A stretch of DNA of 64,000 nt, from NCBI GenBank assembly GCA_951406725.2, contig OX597814.1, positions 151,156,001 through 151,220,000 on the forward strand, read 5' to 3'. Under the pieces are notes generated by a model. The model was given only the letters and a program-made list of their open reading frames with translations, ran no database searches and was not told the DNA's origin. Below, piece after piece: positions 1-13,098 of the stretch. The position numbers and the translations under genes are program-made. How positions within the stretch are numbered: the stretch's first letter is position 1; every line of letters starts with the position of its first letter. Origin of the DNA: Octopus vulgaris. Its lineage: Eukaryota.

Positions 1-934
1 TCTTTTAACGTGTGAATGCCTTTCACTTTTAGTTAAACATTCTATCTAGTTATCTATCGCATTCCATTTGGTTAGATATTTAGCCCTTTCTGTGTAGCAA
101 AAAGGCAAGACATTCTGCCTTAGTGGAAGTGCCACAACAGTTATCTAAATTTTAAACTGATATTTTCACCCATATATATCCATTGAGATGAGTTTACTGG
201 AACTAACTGGGGGATACAATCTACACCAGGGTGAATACATCACAAACCATCATGCCAGCCGCAAAAAAAGCACTGCTGTTTTTCCAATCAGTTAAAAAAA
301 ATCTCCACTTAGATCCAAAATTTACACAGTGCACATAACATTTTCACTTTGATGCACAATCACGACTGGTAAACCTTAAATCGAACACATTGACCATATC
401 ACCACACCTTCACTAGCTCACTAAGACATCCAACCTACGTAATTTTGGCTCTAACAGAAACATCAAAGATTTTTCTATATTGAATTTCTTTAAATTTGAT
501 AATTACTGCTATGACATGCAACATACGTTAAAGTATGGCAGAGTTCTGACCCTTTTCTGACAAATGACACATTCACTCTCAAGTGACGTTTTTCTCACAA
601 AATCTCGTGCAGCTGACAGCCTATTTTGAAGTATACATACAGATAGAATTGATGATGCAAGAGTAAAAGAGAACCGCTTCAACTACGCTTAGCCAAATAA
701 CTTTGTCCAAATATAAGATTGTTTATCACCAATAAGTTACTATACATGAAATATTCATAACTTTCAATTGCATTAAGCACTATAAATTGCTGAACCAATC
801 AGTGGTATATTGTGTGTGCGCGCGCGCGAGTGCCCTGCTTAATATATATACTTATATATATTCATGTGTGTATCATATGCATATATGTATGAATGTATGA
901 GAATATCATACATGCCTATACGAATAGCTAGATC

Positions 935-1233
935 AGATACCTTTTACCCGATTTCAATCAAATTTTCAACATGGTAAAGTGGAAGCGGATTTGTAATTTA
1001 AACGCGGAAATCTAATTTTTTATAAATGGCAGAGAGAGATCGAAAGAGAAAGATAAAGAGTAAGAGAAAGCGAGGGAGAATCCGAGAGAAAGGATGAGTA
1101 AGAGAGTGGGAAAGTGAGAGAGAAAGGAGAGAGAAACAAAGAGAGAGAATGTGGCGATAAGAAACAGAAAGGAAGCAACAGAAAGTAACAACCACACACT
1201 CTTCCGCGCGTAGAGCGGGTCACCTTCAGCTAG
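935..1233 (+). mobile_element. Non-autonomous Helitron, 3' portion
   Basis: Ends in a GC hairpin ccgc-gcgtaga-gcgg (1204-1218) then CTAG|T (1230-1234). Internal motif ccgatttcaatcaaattttcaacatgg resembles the Helitron at 14100-14827. 5' end not resolved. Confidence 0.55.
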
Positions 1234-1299
1234 TATATATATATAAACCGAATAAACCGAAAAAAAAAGAAGAAACCGAAAAAATCAATACCCTAAAAT

Positions 1300-3333
1300 A
1301 CCACCATCATCATCACCTCCAATCGAGAACATTAACAACTTTGGAATCAAGGAAGCAACAACTGCAGGACAGTATGAGAACCCTCATAACCGACCAAAGA
1401 GCTGCAGATGAAGCCTGGGCTATTAAAAACATCAAGAATAATCCTAAAGTCTTTTACTCCTTTGCAAAAACACATAGGACCACAGTCTCCTCTATCGGCC
1501 CAGTGGCTGACGGAAACGGCATCCTTCACAGTGATGCCGGAGATATAGCTGAGATCCTGCAAAGTCAATACAGCTCTGTCTTCATTAACCCTTATTTAGT
1601 TGACTCAAGCAATTTTGCTTGTGAATCCTCAACATGTCCTTTCCGACATAAACTTCGACGCCACTGATATCCTAGCAGCAATAAAAGAAATCAAATCTGA
1701 CTCAGCAGTGGGTCCGAACTGGTTCCCTGATAGAGTGTTAAAGGAATGTAGACAGCAACTTGCAGCTCCTCTTGCAAATCTCTGGAAGAAATCACTGGAT
1801 GCCGGTTTTACCCCTCAAAACTTTCTCTCCCATTCAGTCGTTCCTATCTTTAAAAAGGGGAATAAATCGCTCCCTGTAAACTACTGTCCAATCTCACTCA
1901 CCTCACATATCATCAAAGTATTTGAGAAAGTGTTGAGATCAAGAATAACAGCCTTCCTAGAACAAAATCATCTCCTAAATTGCAACCAGCATGGCTTTCG
2001 TGGTAGGAGGGACTGTCTAACACAGCTCTTCCACCACTTTGATGACATCTTAAATGCACTAAGTGAGGGCTCCAACATCGATGTCATATACCTTGATTTC
2101 AGCAAGGCCTTTGATAGAGTCAACCACAATATACTGTTCAAAAAACTATCCAACGCCGGAGTCGGTGGAAAGCTACTTCAATGGATTGGATATTTCCTAA
2201 CAAACAGGACCCAGCATGTTGAGGTTGATGGCATCCTCTCAGGACCAGCAAAAGTCATCAGCGGAGTCTCGCCGGGTACTGTGCTGGGTCCACTTCTTTT
2301 TATTGTCTATATCGATGACATTGCAGATTCCAATGAACATAGCACCATAAAAATATTTGCAGATGATTCTAAGCTCAAGAAAGTCATTAAGGGAGCATAT
2401 GATCGAACAATGTTTCAATCAGACCTATGCACAGTAACCCAGTGGGCACAAAAAAACAATATGCAGTTGAACGAAGAAAAATTTGAGCTCATACACTTTA
2501 GAAGTGAGAGAACACTCAAACAACCAAACACGCTACCGTCGGGAGACCTACTTGAACCGTCGAATAATATCGGGGACTTAGGTGTAACTGACGACAGCAA
2601 CCTTAGTTGGAGTGTGCACATCAACAAAAAAGTCGATTTTGCCCGCAGAATGTGCTCATGGATCCTCAGAACTTCCTAAATCTAGGGATCATGAAACCAT
2701 CGTCCTTCTCTTCTCCACATTCGTTAGGCCCCACCTCGAATACTGCTGCCCATTGTGGTCTCCCTACAAAAAATAAGCCATAATGAGGATCGAACCGCCA
2801 CAAAGATCAATCACAAAAATATAAATGGCATGATGGCACTTGATTATTGGGCTCGACTTAAACAGCTGAAGCCCTCTTCTCTGCAATGCCGCCGTGAGCG
2901 ATACATTATTTGCACCATGTGGAAAATATTCCACCAATATTATCCAAATGATATTGGCATTATGTTTACAATTCACCCAAGACTAAGCCCCCGTGCAATG
3001 CGTCCCCTACAAAGGTCGAGATCACATCGCATAAGAACATTGCGACACAATTTCTTCACTGCAAATAGTCCTGTACTTTTCAATGTTATCTCAAAAGAAA
3101 TTAAAGTAGAAAAAGACCTCACAACTTTCAAACGGTGCCTGGACAAATTCCTCCAGGAAATATCGGATAAACCACCTACACCTGTATACGTTTCAACCAA
3201 CAACAACTCTCTGTTCGAGTGGTCTATGGTGTTTCGAAATAATTAACTAAAAGACTTATCCATGTGGTGCTATTGAGTTAGTCATGGCCTGGGCTGAAAA
3301 TAGCCGAAACCAATCTAAGTTATCTAAGTTATC
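1300..3333 (+). mobile_element. 5'-truncated, frameshifted CR1-clade LINE (RT ORF2 remnants)
   Basis: ORFs 1341-1667, 1600-2679 and 2755-3246 carry NQHGF, YLDFSKAFDRV, GTVLGPLLF and FADD; RPHLEYCCPLWSP lies in another frame. Tail is (atctaagtt)n at 3313-3333. Confidence 0.93.
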
Positions 3334-3339
3334 ATATTT

Positions 3340-3714
3340 ACAATATATATATATATATAAAGTATGTGGTCGAGCTAGTTGACAGGTGATCTAAACGATT
3401 AGATACGCAAGGGAAGTGCTGTAACGGATTACTAGGGCTCAAAGATTATAGCAGAGAGGGTTGTTATGGAGCCATTGCAAATTTCCGATGCAGTGGATAT
3501 ATAATTGTTAAGGGAAGGCAAACATCTCAAGACATATGCATTATTATTATTGGAAAAAATTCAAAGTCTTACAGCTGTTTCTGGGATATCTCCCTGTATA
3601 GGATATTCCGTCATCAGAGACAAATAGGGAAAAATAGGGAAAATGATAATAGTATATATTAATGGAATGAAATGACGACATAGAGGAAGGAGTAAAGGAA
3701 TAAGGAGATGAAGA

Positions 3715-3758
<44 letters not shown>

Positions 3759-4910
3759 ATAAACGTTCATAGTTCAACTTAACGATGTTTGAGAAACTAA
3801 TGCGTAAGCCCTTAGATGCAATCCTGCGTAAATTCATGTGGGTTAAAATCCTGATATTGTAAATATCCAGAGAAAAATGACGCGAACACATCAGCGTTCA
3901 ATAACAGAATGGTAGTGGGGGTGGCTATTAGGTGGTAACAGGAAAGAAATGTGAATAAATAGAGAGAGGGGTGGATAGAGTTTGAGGATGGGGTGAAGTT
4001 AAAGATTGGCTTTAGGATAAAGTAAGGTATATAACCATATAGTGTCTAAGAATATTGTGTACAGGGGTAGTCGAGAAGAGAGAATGAAGAGGTAGAGGAA
4101 GTTGGCGTAAAAAAATTAAACAAATTAGAGCAAAATGAAAGGAATTTAAAGAGAGTAGTAGGTGTCGGTGGTAGTCTTCTGGTCCATCGGTGTTGGGGCG
4201 GAAATGTAGTAGTAAATGCTTGCATCTGTTCTGGCTAAGGTCAGTGGCTGTAGAGTTGGCGAGCTGGCAGACACGTTAGCGCGCCGGGTGAAATGCTTAG
4301 CGGTATTTCGTCTGTCGTTACGTTCTGAGTTCAAATTCCGCCGAGGTCAACTTTGCCTTTCATCCTTTCGGGGTCGATAAATAAAGTACCAGTTTCGCAC
4401 TGGGGGCGATATAATCAACTCAATCCCTTCGTCTGTCCTTGTTTGTCCCCTCTATGTTTAGCCCCTTGTGGGCAGTAAAGAAATATATTTTTAGCAATGG
4501 GTTTATGGTTATGTAGGTAGTCGAGAATGGAGGAGTTGGTTGAATGCTAAATTAGTTATGAGTGGGATTTAGAATTAGATATTAGGTGATTTATTGGGTT
4601 ATGGTTTTAAAATAAATTAAGGATAAATTAAAGAATTAATATTTATCTCATAAATTGACGAGGTAAGGTAGATAGAAAAGATATAAGAGGTAGATATAAG
4701 AGAGATAGAAGAGATATAGAGGGGTGTGTGTTAATGATCATAGGAGTTTGTATGTGGGTGCTATTCGTGGGGATGAACTTACATTTAGATTTATGAAAGA
4801 ATTTAAAAGTTCGGAAGAATTTGTGCTTACATGTAGTGAAGGTTTCGTTGAGTTCATTAAGCAATTGTGGTGCGTTATGGGTTAAAATTTTGAGAGCCTC
4901 TTTTAAGAAG
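3340..4910 (-). mobile_element. Probable highly decayed LINE fragments, interrupted by (GA)n and a SINE
   Basis: Strong strand compositional skew; minus-strand reading gives broken ORF-like pieces (e.g. LLKEALKILTHNAPQLLNELNETF). No diagnostic motif. Confidence 0.25.
4256..4483 (+). mobile_element. tRNA-derived SINE, family X (head ggcgagctggcagaaacgttagc)
   Basis: A/B-box-like head (gagttcaaattcc) and central ctttgcctttcatcctttcggggtcgat. Many near-identical copies in the window. Confidence 0.85.
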
Positions 4911-4944
4911 AGTCCACAAATAGAGTGTTGGGAACCACTGTATT

Positions 4945-5145
4945 ATAGGTACAAGGCCTGAAATTTTAATGGGAGGGAGCTAGTTGATAGCATCGACCCT
5001 AGTGAGTAACTTACTTATTTTATCAACCCTGAAATGATGAAAGGCTATGTCGACCTCGGCGGAATTTGAACTCAGAACGTAATGACAGACGAAATGCTGC
5101 TGAGCATTTTACCGGCGTACTAACGATTCTGCCAACTCGCCACCT
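4945..5145 (-). mobile_element. SINE family X, diverged
   Basis: Reverse complement of the family X head and body (gtcgacctcggcggaatttgaactcagaacgt). Confidence 0.75.
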
Positions 5146-6654
5146 TAATGATGATAATAAAAATAACTGTTTCAAATTTGGGGCACAAAGTCATAATTTT
5201 AAGAGGGTACAGGCGATTTCATCAAATTTAGTTGACGAGTCACATTTTTATCTCAGCTCGGAATCATCAAATGCAGATTCGATCGCGATGTAGTTTGAAT
5301 TTAAAATTGGCCGTAACTATATACACCAAAGCATTGCTAGGCTTTGCAAATTATGTTTAAAATGCTAACTCAAGAAATCTAATTCATGTGACAATTTCAT
5401 TTCTGTTTAATGAGTCTGTGAATGAATGGTAGGCCCATCTGAATGAGTTTATTGTCTATTTCTTAATGCTGGTCAAACTATCCAATTAAAAGATTGCGTG
5501 CCGATGACTTCCTGAATATTCAACGTGGCGATTAACTTTTTGATTCTACTCTATAGAATATCTTCTGTGGTAATTAAGATATAATAATGCACAATTGTCA
5601 GCAGAAATACGTATTAAATCGATGAAGTTTTCAACACGGAATTCGACATTAAATGATGAGAGAAAATATAACAACTAAATTTAAGTTGATTGATTAAAAT
5701 CTTACTTGAACGATGATGGGGAATGAGAAGCCTGCCAACTACTTCCCTAAGGTTGTCACGTCGTGAACTCAATAGTAATGTAAACAGTTATTGATAATCA
5801 TATTTCATCATCAAATTTGCTTTCTTTCCCTACTCAATAATCAGCAATATAGCTTCCGTAGTACCGGATCTGATAGAGACTTGCTTTCCTATGTAACTTA
5901 CCACTTATCCCGCAAGTTTACTGACAGTATCAAGTGCAGTGTTGTTGAACATCAACAAATATTCTGGCCAGTCATAGCATAAAACTGAACACCATTTCTC
6001 ATTTCTTGAATTAAAAGCTTTCTGCCCGGCCGAAGCAAAATCTACCGGTGTGTTTTCCTCTGATCTAAATTTTACACTCCGGTGGACTCTAAGCTTCGGA
6101 GATGTCTGTTACACGTTTCTTTTACGTATTAACGATTTATTTGCTTTCGATTTTAACAATATACAGATATCAATAATCAATGATTGTTGATATCTCATGG
6201 AAAATTCACATAAGCCAAAACACTGTCTCAAATGCTAATCTTGTTTTTAGGATCAGGTAATACGTACTTCAATACTAGCGAGTTGCTAAAACCATTCAAA
6301 CTTTCAGCAAGACGCTTATGTAGATTATAACTATATTTATTGGACAGTAACCCTGTTACACGGACAAACATACACATAGTTCTTTAACTACAACCAACAG
6401 GAAACCATTGGAGTAAAAACTCAAAATATGCTACAAAACAGATGAACAAATGCTACGGCAATGCCTCTGAGCCACTGATCTAGCTAGTGGCATAAACTTT
6501 CTATTCAGACACATCTGAAACGTAACGGCATCATCCCGTTACTCCTATTGAGTCATGGATCTTAAACCATTTACCCAATTCTTCTTGCAATAAGAGGGGG
6601 CTGTGTCAAAAATTTCTTCCATGTCCATATTTAGCATTCAGAAACAAGTCTTCG

Positions 6655-6664
6655 TATATATATA

Positions 6665-6725
<61 letters not shown>

Positions 6726-6780
6726 ATACATATATATATATATATATACATATATAGGTATACATATATATATAAATATA
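6655..6780. repeat. (TA)n/(TG)n microsatellite
   Basis: Direct reading. Confidence 0.95.
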
Positions 6781-6784
6781 TGGA

Positions 6785-7167
6785 TGGAAGCACTCCGTCG
6801 GTTACGACGACGAGGGTTCCGGTTGATCCGATCAACGGAACAGCCTGCTCGTGAAATTAACGTGTAAGTGGCTGAGCATTCCACAGACACGTGTACCCTT
6901 AACGTAGTTCTCGGGGATATTCAGCGTGACACAGAGAGTGACAAGGCCGGCCCTTTGAAATACAGGTACAACAGAAACAGGAAGTAAGAGTGAGAGAAAG
7001 TTGTGGTGAAAGAGTACAGCAGGGATCACCACCATCCCCTGCCGGAGCATCGTGGAGCTTTAGGTGTTTTCGCTCAATAAACACTCACAACGCCCGGTCT
7101 GGGAATCGAAACCGCGATCCTACGACCGCGAGTCCGCTGCCCTAACCACTGGGCCATTGCGCCTCCA
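6785..7167 (-). mobile_element. tRNA(Arg)-like SINE, family Y (OR-like)
   Basis: Head tggaggcgcaatggcccagtggttagggcagcggactcgcggtc...ggtttcgattccc with a TCG anticodon-like loop. Head shared with 30052, 45296, 48932 and 50068. Confidence 0.85.
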
Positions 7168-7312
7168 CATAAATATATATATACATATATACATACGTAT
7201 ATATACATATATATGTATATATATATATACGTATATATATATATATAAATATACATATATATATATATACACATATATATATACATACATATGTATACAT
7301 GCATATGTATAC

Positions 7313-7383
<71 letters not shown>

Positions 7384-7444
7384 GATACATATATATACAT
7401 ATATATATATACATATATACATACAGTATATATATATATATATA
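7168..7444. repeat. Degenerate (TA)n microsatellite
   Basis: Direct reading. Confidence 0.95.
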
Positions 7445-10010
7445 CTGGCTCACAAATACTCTGAAGTTAGGCAAATGCTCTACATCAGATAGAGCAGCGG
7501 AACTGCTCTTTAATCTAATAGATGAATACTTCCTGACTCAGCTAGTGCTCGAACCAACGAGACAGAATAAAACGATCTTGGATCTGGTATTGACCAATCA
7601 CTCTAGCTTTGTTCACAGTATTTCAGTTGAAAAAACTCTCCTCTCAGACCACGACATGGTACTCTGCAATTTTAATTCCCGACATATAAAAACCAAACCA
7701 GCCAATCCCACTCCATGGCACTCATTTGACAACATAAACTTCCATAAAGCGGACTGGGGAGCAATCAGAAAGGATCTGTCTTTCATCGACTGGTCTTTTA
7801 CTCTCAATTCCACCCATATTGAGACCGCATGGCAGCACTTTGACAACATTGTCACCTATACATGCTCTAAACACGCTCCCACGAAATCTACTAACACAAA
7901 CAGAAACCGGCTCCCTAAAAAGAAAAAAACACTCATCAGGTGCATCAAAAGACTCAACCAAAAAAATCAACCAATTAAAATATTCCCACATACAACATTC
8001 ACATTCAACAACAATGAAAAGGCTAGAGCTGGAAAAACTTCATCTGCAGACCGACATGAAAACCTCCATTGAAAATCAAAGAGCTGTGGAGGAACAGTGG
8101 GTAATCAAAAACATCAAACAGAACCCAAAAGTGTTCTATTCTTATGCAAATAAGCATAGAACCACTGTCTCACCTATTGGGCCATTGATTGATGATAACG
8201 GCATTCCCTAAGACGATGCTAAAGAAATGGCAGAAATACTGCAGAAACAATACTGCTCTGTCTTTAGTGTTCCCACTGATATTAACGTAAGAGAAGCGAA
8301 CGAAGTTGACTCCCAACATAAAATCTCAGACATAACCTTCACTGCCACTGACATCGTAGCAGCAATAAATGAGATCAAATACTACTCTGCTGTAGGTCCT
8401 GACAGAATCCCCGCTAGTCTCCTGAAGGAATGTAGACACCAATTTGCAGTCCCTCTGACCAACCTCTGGAGAAATTCGTTAGACGCAGGTTATATACCGA
8501 AACAGTTTCTATCCCAGTCAGTCATCCCGGTTTTCAAACAGGGAAACAGATCCCTCGCAGTCAACTATCGCCCAATCTCACTCACCTCCCACATCATTAA
8601 AGTGTTTGAAAGAGTGTTAAGATCAAGGATAGCTGACTTCCTGGAGACCCACAAACTCCTAAATGCAAATCAGCATGGCTTTCGCTGTGGCAGGGTCTGT
8701 CTAACACAGCTCTTACACCACATTGAAGATGTACTCAAAGCCTTGGGAACAGGTTCGAACTCTGATATCATATATCTTGACTTCAGTAAAGCGTTCGACA
8801 GGGTAGACCATAATATCCTACTCTCAAAATTGGCAAATGTTGGAATCCGTGGAAAAGTTCTACACTGGATTAAGTATTTCCTGGCGAATAGAACACACCA
8901 TGTTGTAGTTGATGGAGTCCACTCAAGCCCAGCAAAAGTCACCAGCGGTGTCCCCCAGGGGACTGTCTTGGGTCCGCTACTTTTCATAATTTACATAAAC
9001 AACCTTTCCAGTGTCGTACATTACTGCAAAGTGAAAATATTTGCTGATGACACTAAACTCCAGCAAATCGTGAATGAAGAAGCAGACCGAACTCAACTCC
9101 AGTCTGATCTATATGCTGTGAGTCAATGGGCAGACAGAAACAAAATGCAACTGAACGAGGGAAAATTTGAGCTGATGCATTTTGGAAGAAATTCCTCACT
9201 AAAACAGCCATACTCTCTTCCTTCAGGGGAACCGCTCACAGCCTCTAACAGTATCAGAGACCTGGGTGTAATTGTTGATGACGATCTCAGTTGGAGTGCA
9301 CACATCAACAAGAAGGTCGATATAGCTCGTAAGATGAGTTCCTGGATCTTAAGAACTTTCCGGTCCAGAGAACAAGGTGTCATCATACCACTTTTCTCCT
9401 CCTTTGTACGGCCACACCTTGAATACTGCTGCCCACTATGGTCTCCCCATACAAGACAAAACATCTCGAGGATTGAATCACCCCAGAGGGCACTCACTAA
9501 ACGAATTGAAGGCATGGCTGCTCTCGATTATTGGGATCGACTTAAAGCCTTCAAACTCTACTCTCTCCAGCGTCGCCGTGAGCGGTACATCATTTGTACG
9601 ATGTGGAGAATATACCGCCAACTTTGCCCAAACGACCAGAACGTTAGCTTCAAGGTTCATCTAAGACTGGGACCACGGGCCATACGTCCCCTGCCCAATT
9701 CAAGATCACAGCATACATGTACACTGCAACATAATTTCTTTTCCTCAACAGGCCCTGCCCTATTTAACATTGTCCCGAAAGTGATCAAAGAGGAAAAGGA
9801 TCCCATCAACTTTAAACGGAGTCTGGATAGATTCCTTCAAGGAATACCAGATAAGCACCCATAATTAGATACAACTCACCCAACAAAATCTCACTACTTG
9901 AATGGACCATAAACAAAACTTGACTTAAGCAGGATTCAAATAATCCTATCAGGTGGTGCTATTAAGTTAGACATGGCCTGGACCAATCTTTGGTCGAAAC
10001 ATATCTAAGT
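7445..10010 (+). mobile_element. 5'-truncated CR1-clade LINE (end of APE domain plus RT), inserted in (TA)n
   Basis: APE C-terminal motifs [15 protein letters not shown] and LSDH; RT ORF 8227-9864; frameshifts upstream. 3' end atatctaagt matches the copy at 1300-3333. Confidence 0.95.
8227..9864 (+). CDS. LINE ORF2 reverse transcriptase domain (545 aa uninterrupted, part of a truncated element)
   Basis: NYRPISLTS, NQHGFR, YLDFSKAFDRVDH, GVPQGTVLGPLLF, FADD, RDLGV, RPHLEYCCPLWSPH. Confidence 0.85.
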   Translation: MAEILQKQYCSVFSVPTDINVREANEVDSQHKISDITFTATDIVAAINEIKYYSAVGPDRIPASLLKECRHQFAVPLTNLWRNSLDAGYIPKQFLSQSVIPVFKQGNRSLAVNYRPISLTSHIIKVFERVLRSRIADFLETHKLLNANQHGFRCGRVCLTQLLHHIEDVLKALGTGSNSDIIYLDFSKAFDRVDHNILLSKLANVGIRGKVLHWIKYFLANRTHHVVVDGVHSSPAKVTSGVPQGTVLGPLLFIIYINNLSSVVHYCKVKIFADDTKLQQIVNEEADRTQLQSDLYAVSQWADRNKMQLNEGKFELMHFGRNSSLKQPYSLPSGEPLTASNSIRDLGVIVDDDLSWSAHINKKVDIARKMSSWILRTFRSREQGVIIPLFSSFVRPHLEYCCPLWSPHTRQNISRIESPQRALTKRIEGMAALDYWDRLKAFKLYSLQRRRERYIICTMWRIYRQLCPNDQNVSFKVHLRLGPRAIRPLPNSRSQHTCTLQHNFFSSTGPALFNIVPKVIKEEKDPINFKRSLDRFLQGIPDKHP

Positions 10011-10074
10011 TTTTTATACATACATGTATATACACATATATATATATGTACATACATATAGATATATACATATA

Positions 10075-10291
10075 CTCTTTTACTCTTTTACTTGTTTCAG
10101 TCATTTGACTGCGGCCATGCTGGAGCACCGCCTTTAATACGACGGGCTTCTTTCAGTTTCCGTCTACCAAATCCACTCACAAGGCTTTGGTTGGCCCGAG
10201 GCTATAGTAGAAGACACTTGCCCAAGGTGCCACGCAGTGGGACTGAACCCGGAACCATGTGGCTGGTAAGCAAGCTACTTACGACACAGCC
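10075..10291 (-). mobile_element. SINE family W (head ggctgtgtggtaagaagcttgcttccc)
   Basis: Reverse complement of ggttccgggttcagtcccactgcgtggcaccttgggcaagtgtcttctactatagcctcggg; tail gactgaaacaagtaaaagagta. Confidence 0.8.
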
Positions 10292-10345
10292 ACACATATA
10301 CATATATGCATATACATATATATACATATATATACATATATATAC

Positions 10346-10412
<67 letters not shown>

Positions 10413-10419
10413 TATATAT

Positions 10420-10752
10420 AGGGTAAAGACCCCCTTCGGTCATGAATGACCATGGGATTGCACCTAGAAAGTTACCCTCCTAGACACAAGTCCGGGCAAG
10501 GTTGTTTATGGAAGACCAGCAGTCGCCCATGCATACCAGCCTCCCCTCTCCACGCCACCAGTGTTATCCAAGGGAAAGACAAACGTCGATACAGCTTGGC
10601 ACCAGTGACGTCGCAACTCATTTCTACAGCTGAGTGAACTGGAGCAACGTGAAATAAAGTGCCTTGCTCAAGAACTCAACACGCAGCCCGGTCCGGGATT
10701 CGAGCTCACAACCTCACGATCGTAATCTCGACGCTCTAACCACTGAGCCATG
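10420..10752 (-). mobile_element. tRNA-derived SINE, family Z
   Basis: Head ggctcagtggttagagcgtcgag...gagctcgaatccc. Homologous to 30598-30935 and 45835-46180. Confidence 0.82.
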
Positions 10753-10753
10753 C

Positions 10754-11503
<750 letters not shown>

Positions 11504-11562
11504 AAAAAATGAAGTTCGAAAATGCTGCTATATTATACAAATTTTTAATTTTCATATATACA

Positions 11563-11604
11563 TTATAACATGTTTCGGTTCTTGAAATGAACCTTATCAA
11601 AAAA
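11563..11604 (-). ncRNA. Minimal type I hammerhead motif, U3-A8 variant (family E)
   Basis: Minus strand: TTGATAA-ggttc-atttcaa-gaacc-GAAAC-at-GTT. Stem III is the palindrome acatgt; stem I weak. Confidence 0.55.
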
Positions 11605-11964
11605 AGTTATATATAAAAAAAGATAGTTCATGCTATCAAATATAAAAAATTCATTTATAATACACGATAGAGTCAGACATCAAAAAGTTCATATATAGTG
11701 TGAAGTGAGTTCGTTCATGCTATATGTTTAAAGTGTCTGATGCAGTGGTTCATAGTGGTGATATGCATTCAATATAAAAAATAGATCAAAGTGGTGATAT
11801 GCAGTCAATATAAAAAATTGATGTTCCTGAAAGAGCGAGGAATTCATTTTAGATTTTACCTTTGAGCAACTGTGATGACTTATGGTCGGTGTTCGCTGGA
11901 TGATTCTGGCATACCTTGTGAATTGTTCGGGTTTATAACACCTGTTAGGTGGTCAGTCCAGCGT

Positions 11965-12905
11965 AACGTGACGTCATCAACGTTTTGACCAATCGTTTCG
12001 TTAGGTGGCTTAGTCAAGCAGAACGTGACGTCATCAACGTTTTGACCAATCGTTTCGTTAGGTGGCTTAGTCAAGTAGAACGGGACGTCATCAATATTCT
12101 GACCAATCGCGACCTATAGCTGTATTAGAACTGCCTCTTGTGTGTATCCTGTTTTGACCAATCGTTTCGTTAGGTGGCTTAGTCAAGCAGAACGTGACGT
12201 CATCAATGTTTTGACCAATCGTTTCGTTAGGTGGCTTAGTCAAGTAGAACGGGACGTCATCAACATTCTGACCAATCGCGACCTATAGCTGTATTAGAAC
12301 TGCCTCTTGTGTGTATCCTGTTTTGACCAATCGTTTCGTTAGGTGGCTTAGTCAAGCAGAACGTGACGTCATCAACGTTTTGACCAATCGTTTCGTTAGG
12401 TGGCTTAGTCAAGTAGAACGGGACGTCATCAACATTCTGACCAATCGCGACCTATAGCTGTATTAGAACTGCCTCTTGTGTGTATCCTGTTTTGACCAAT
12501 CGTTTCGTTAGGTGGCTTAGTCAAGCAGAACGTGACGTCATCAACGTTTTGACCAATCGTTTCGTTAGGTGGCTTAGTCAAGTAGAACGGGACGTCATCA
12601 ACATTCTGACCAATCGCGACCTATAGCTGTATTAGAACTGCCTCTTGTGTGTATCCTGTGTTGACCAATCGTTTCTTTAGGTGGCTTAGTCAAGCAGAAC
12701 GGGACGTCATCAAAATTCTGACCAATCACGACCTATAGCTGTATTAGATCTGCCCCTTGTCTGTATCCTGTTGGGTGACTAGTCAAGCAGAAAGGGACGT
12801 CATCAATATTCTGACTAGTCCCGGCCTCTAGTTGTATTAGATCTGCCCCTTGTCTGTATCCTGTCCAGTCTAGCAGAACTAGACGTCATTAACGTGTTGA
12901 CCAAT
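11965..12905. repeat. Tandem array: 57-bp unit and 112-bp variant forming a 169-bp higher-order repeat
   Basis: Unit starts at 11965, 12022, 12079, 12191, 12248, 12360, 12417, 12529, 12586 and 12698. Units contain (T/G)GACGTCA and GACCAATC. Confidence 0.93.
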
Positions 12906-13098
12906 CAGAATCGGGTCTGACCCTTAGCTGTATCGTATGTGGCCAGTCCATCAGGGTTAGATTTGTTCGAAGAGATCTTTTTTATAAATTTTTTTCCTTT
13001 TTTTTCCTAAGGCATATTTCCGTCAGTGTGAGTGACTGTTTAAGGTAGCGGCCGTGGTGGAATTTTGCTTCTCCTTTTCGGAGGACCTATCTTTTGTT

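Noticed and set aside
3285-3312. Hairpin plus GAAAC at LINE 3' ends as a hammerhead (also 9975-10000)
   Set aside because: No CUGAnGA upstream and no GUH site. Treated as a LINE recognition stem-loop.
7085-7167. tRNA-Arg gene (also other SINE heads)
   Set aside because: Continues into a multi-copy SINE body; no proper acceptor stem or terminator.
11880-12074. Repeat-encoded peptide LTKPPNETIGQNVDDVTFC
   Set aside because: The 57-bp unit is in frame by chance; the 112-bp unit breaks the frame.
11965-12905. CRISPR-like repeat/spacer appearance
   Set aside because: The 'spacers' are identical between units, there are no cas genes and the context is eukaryotic. It is a higher-order tandem repeat.
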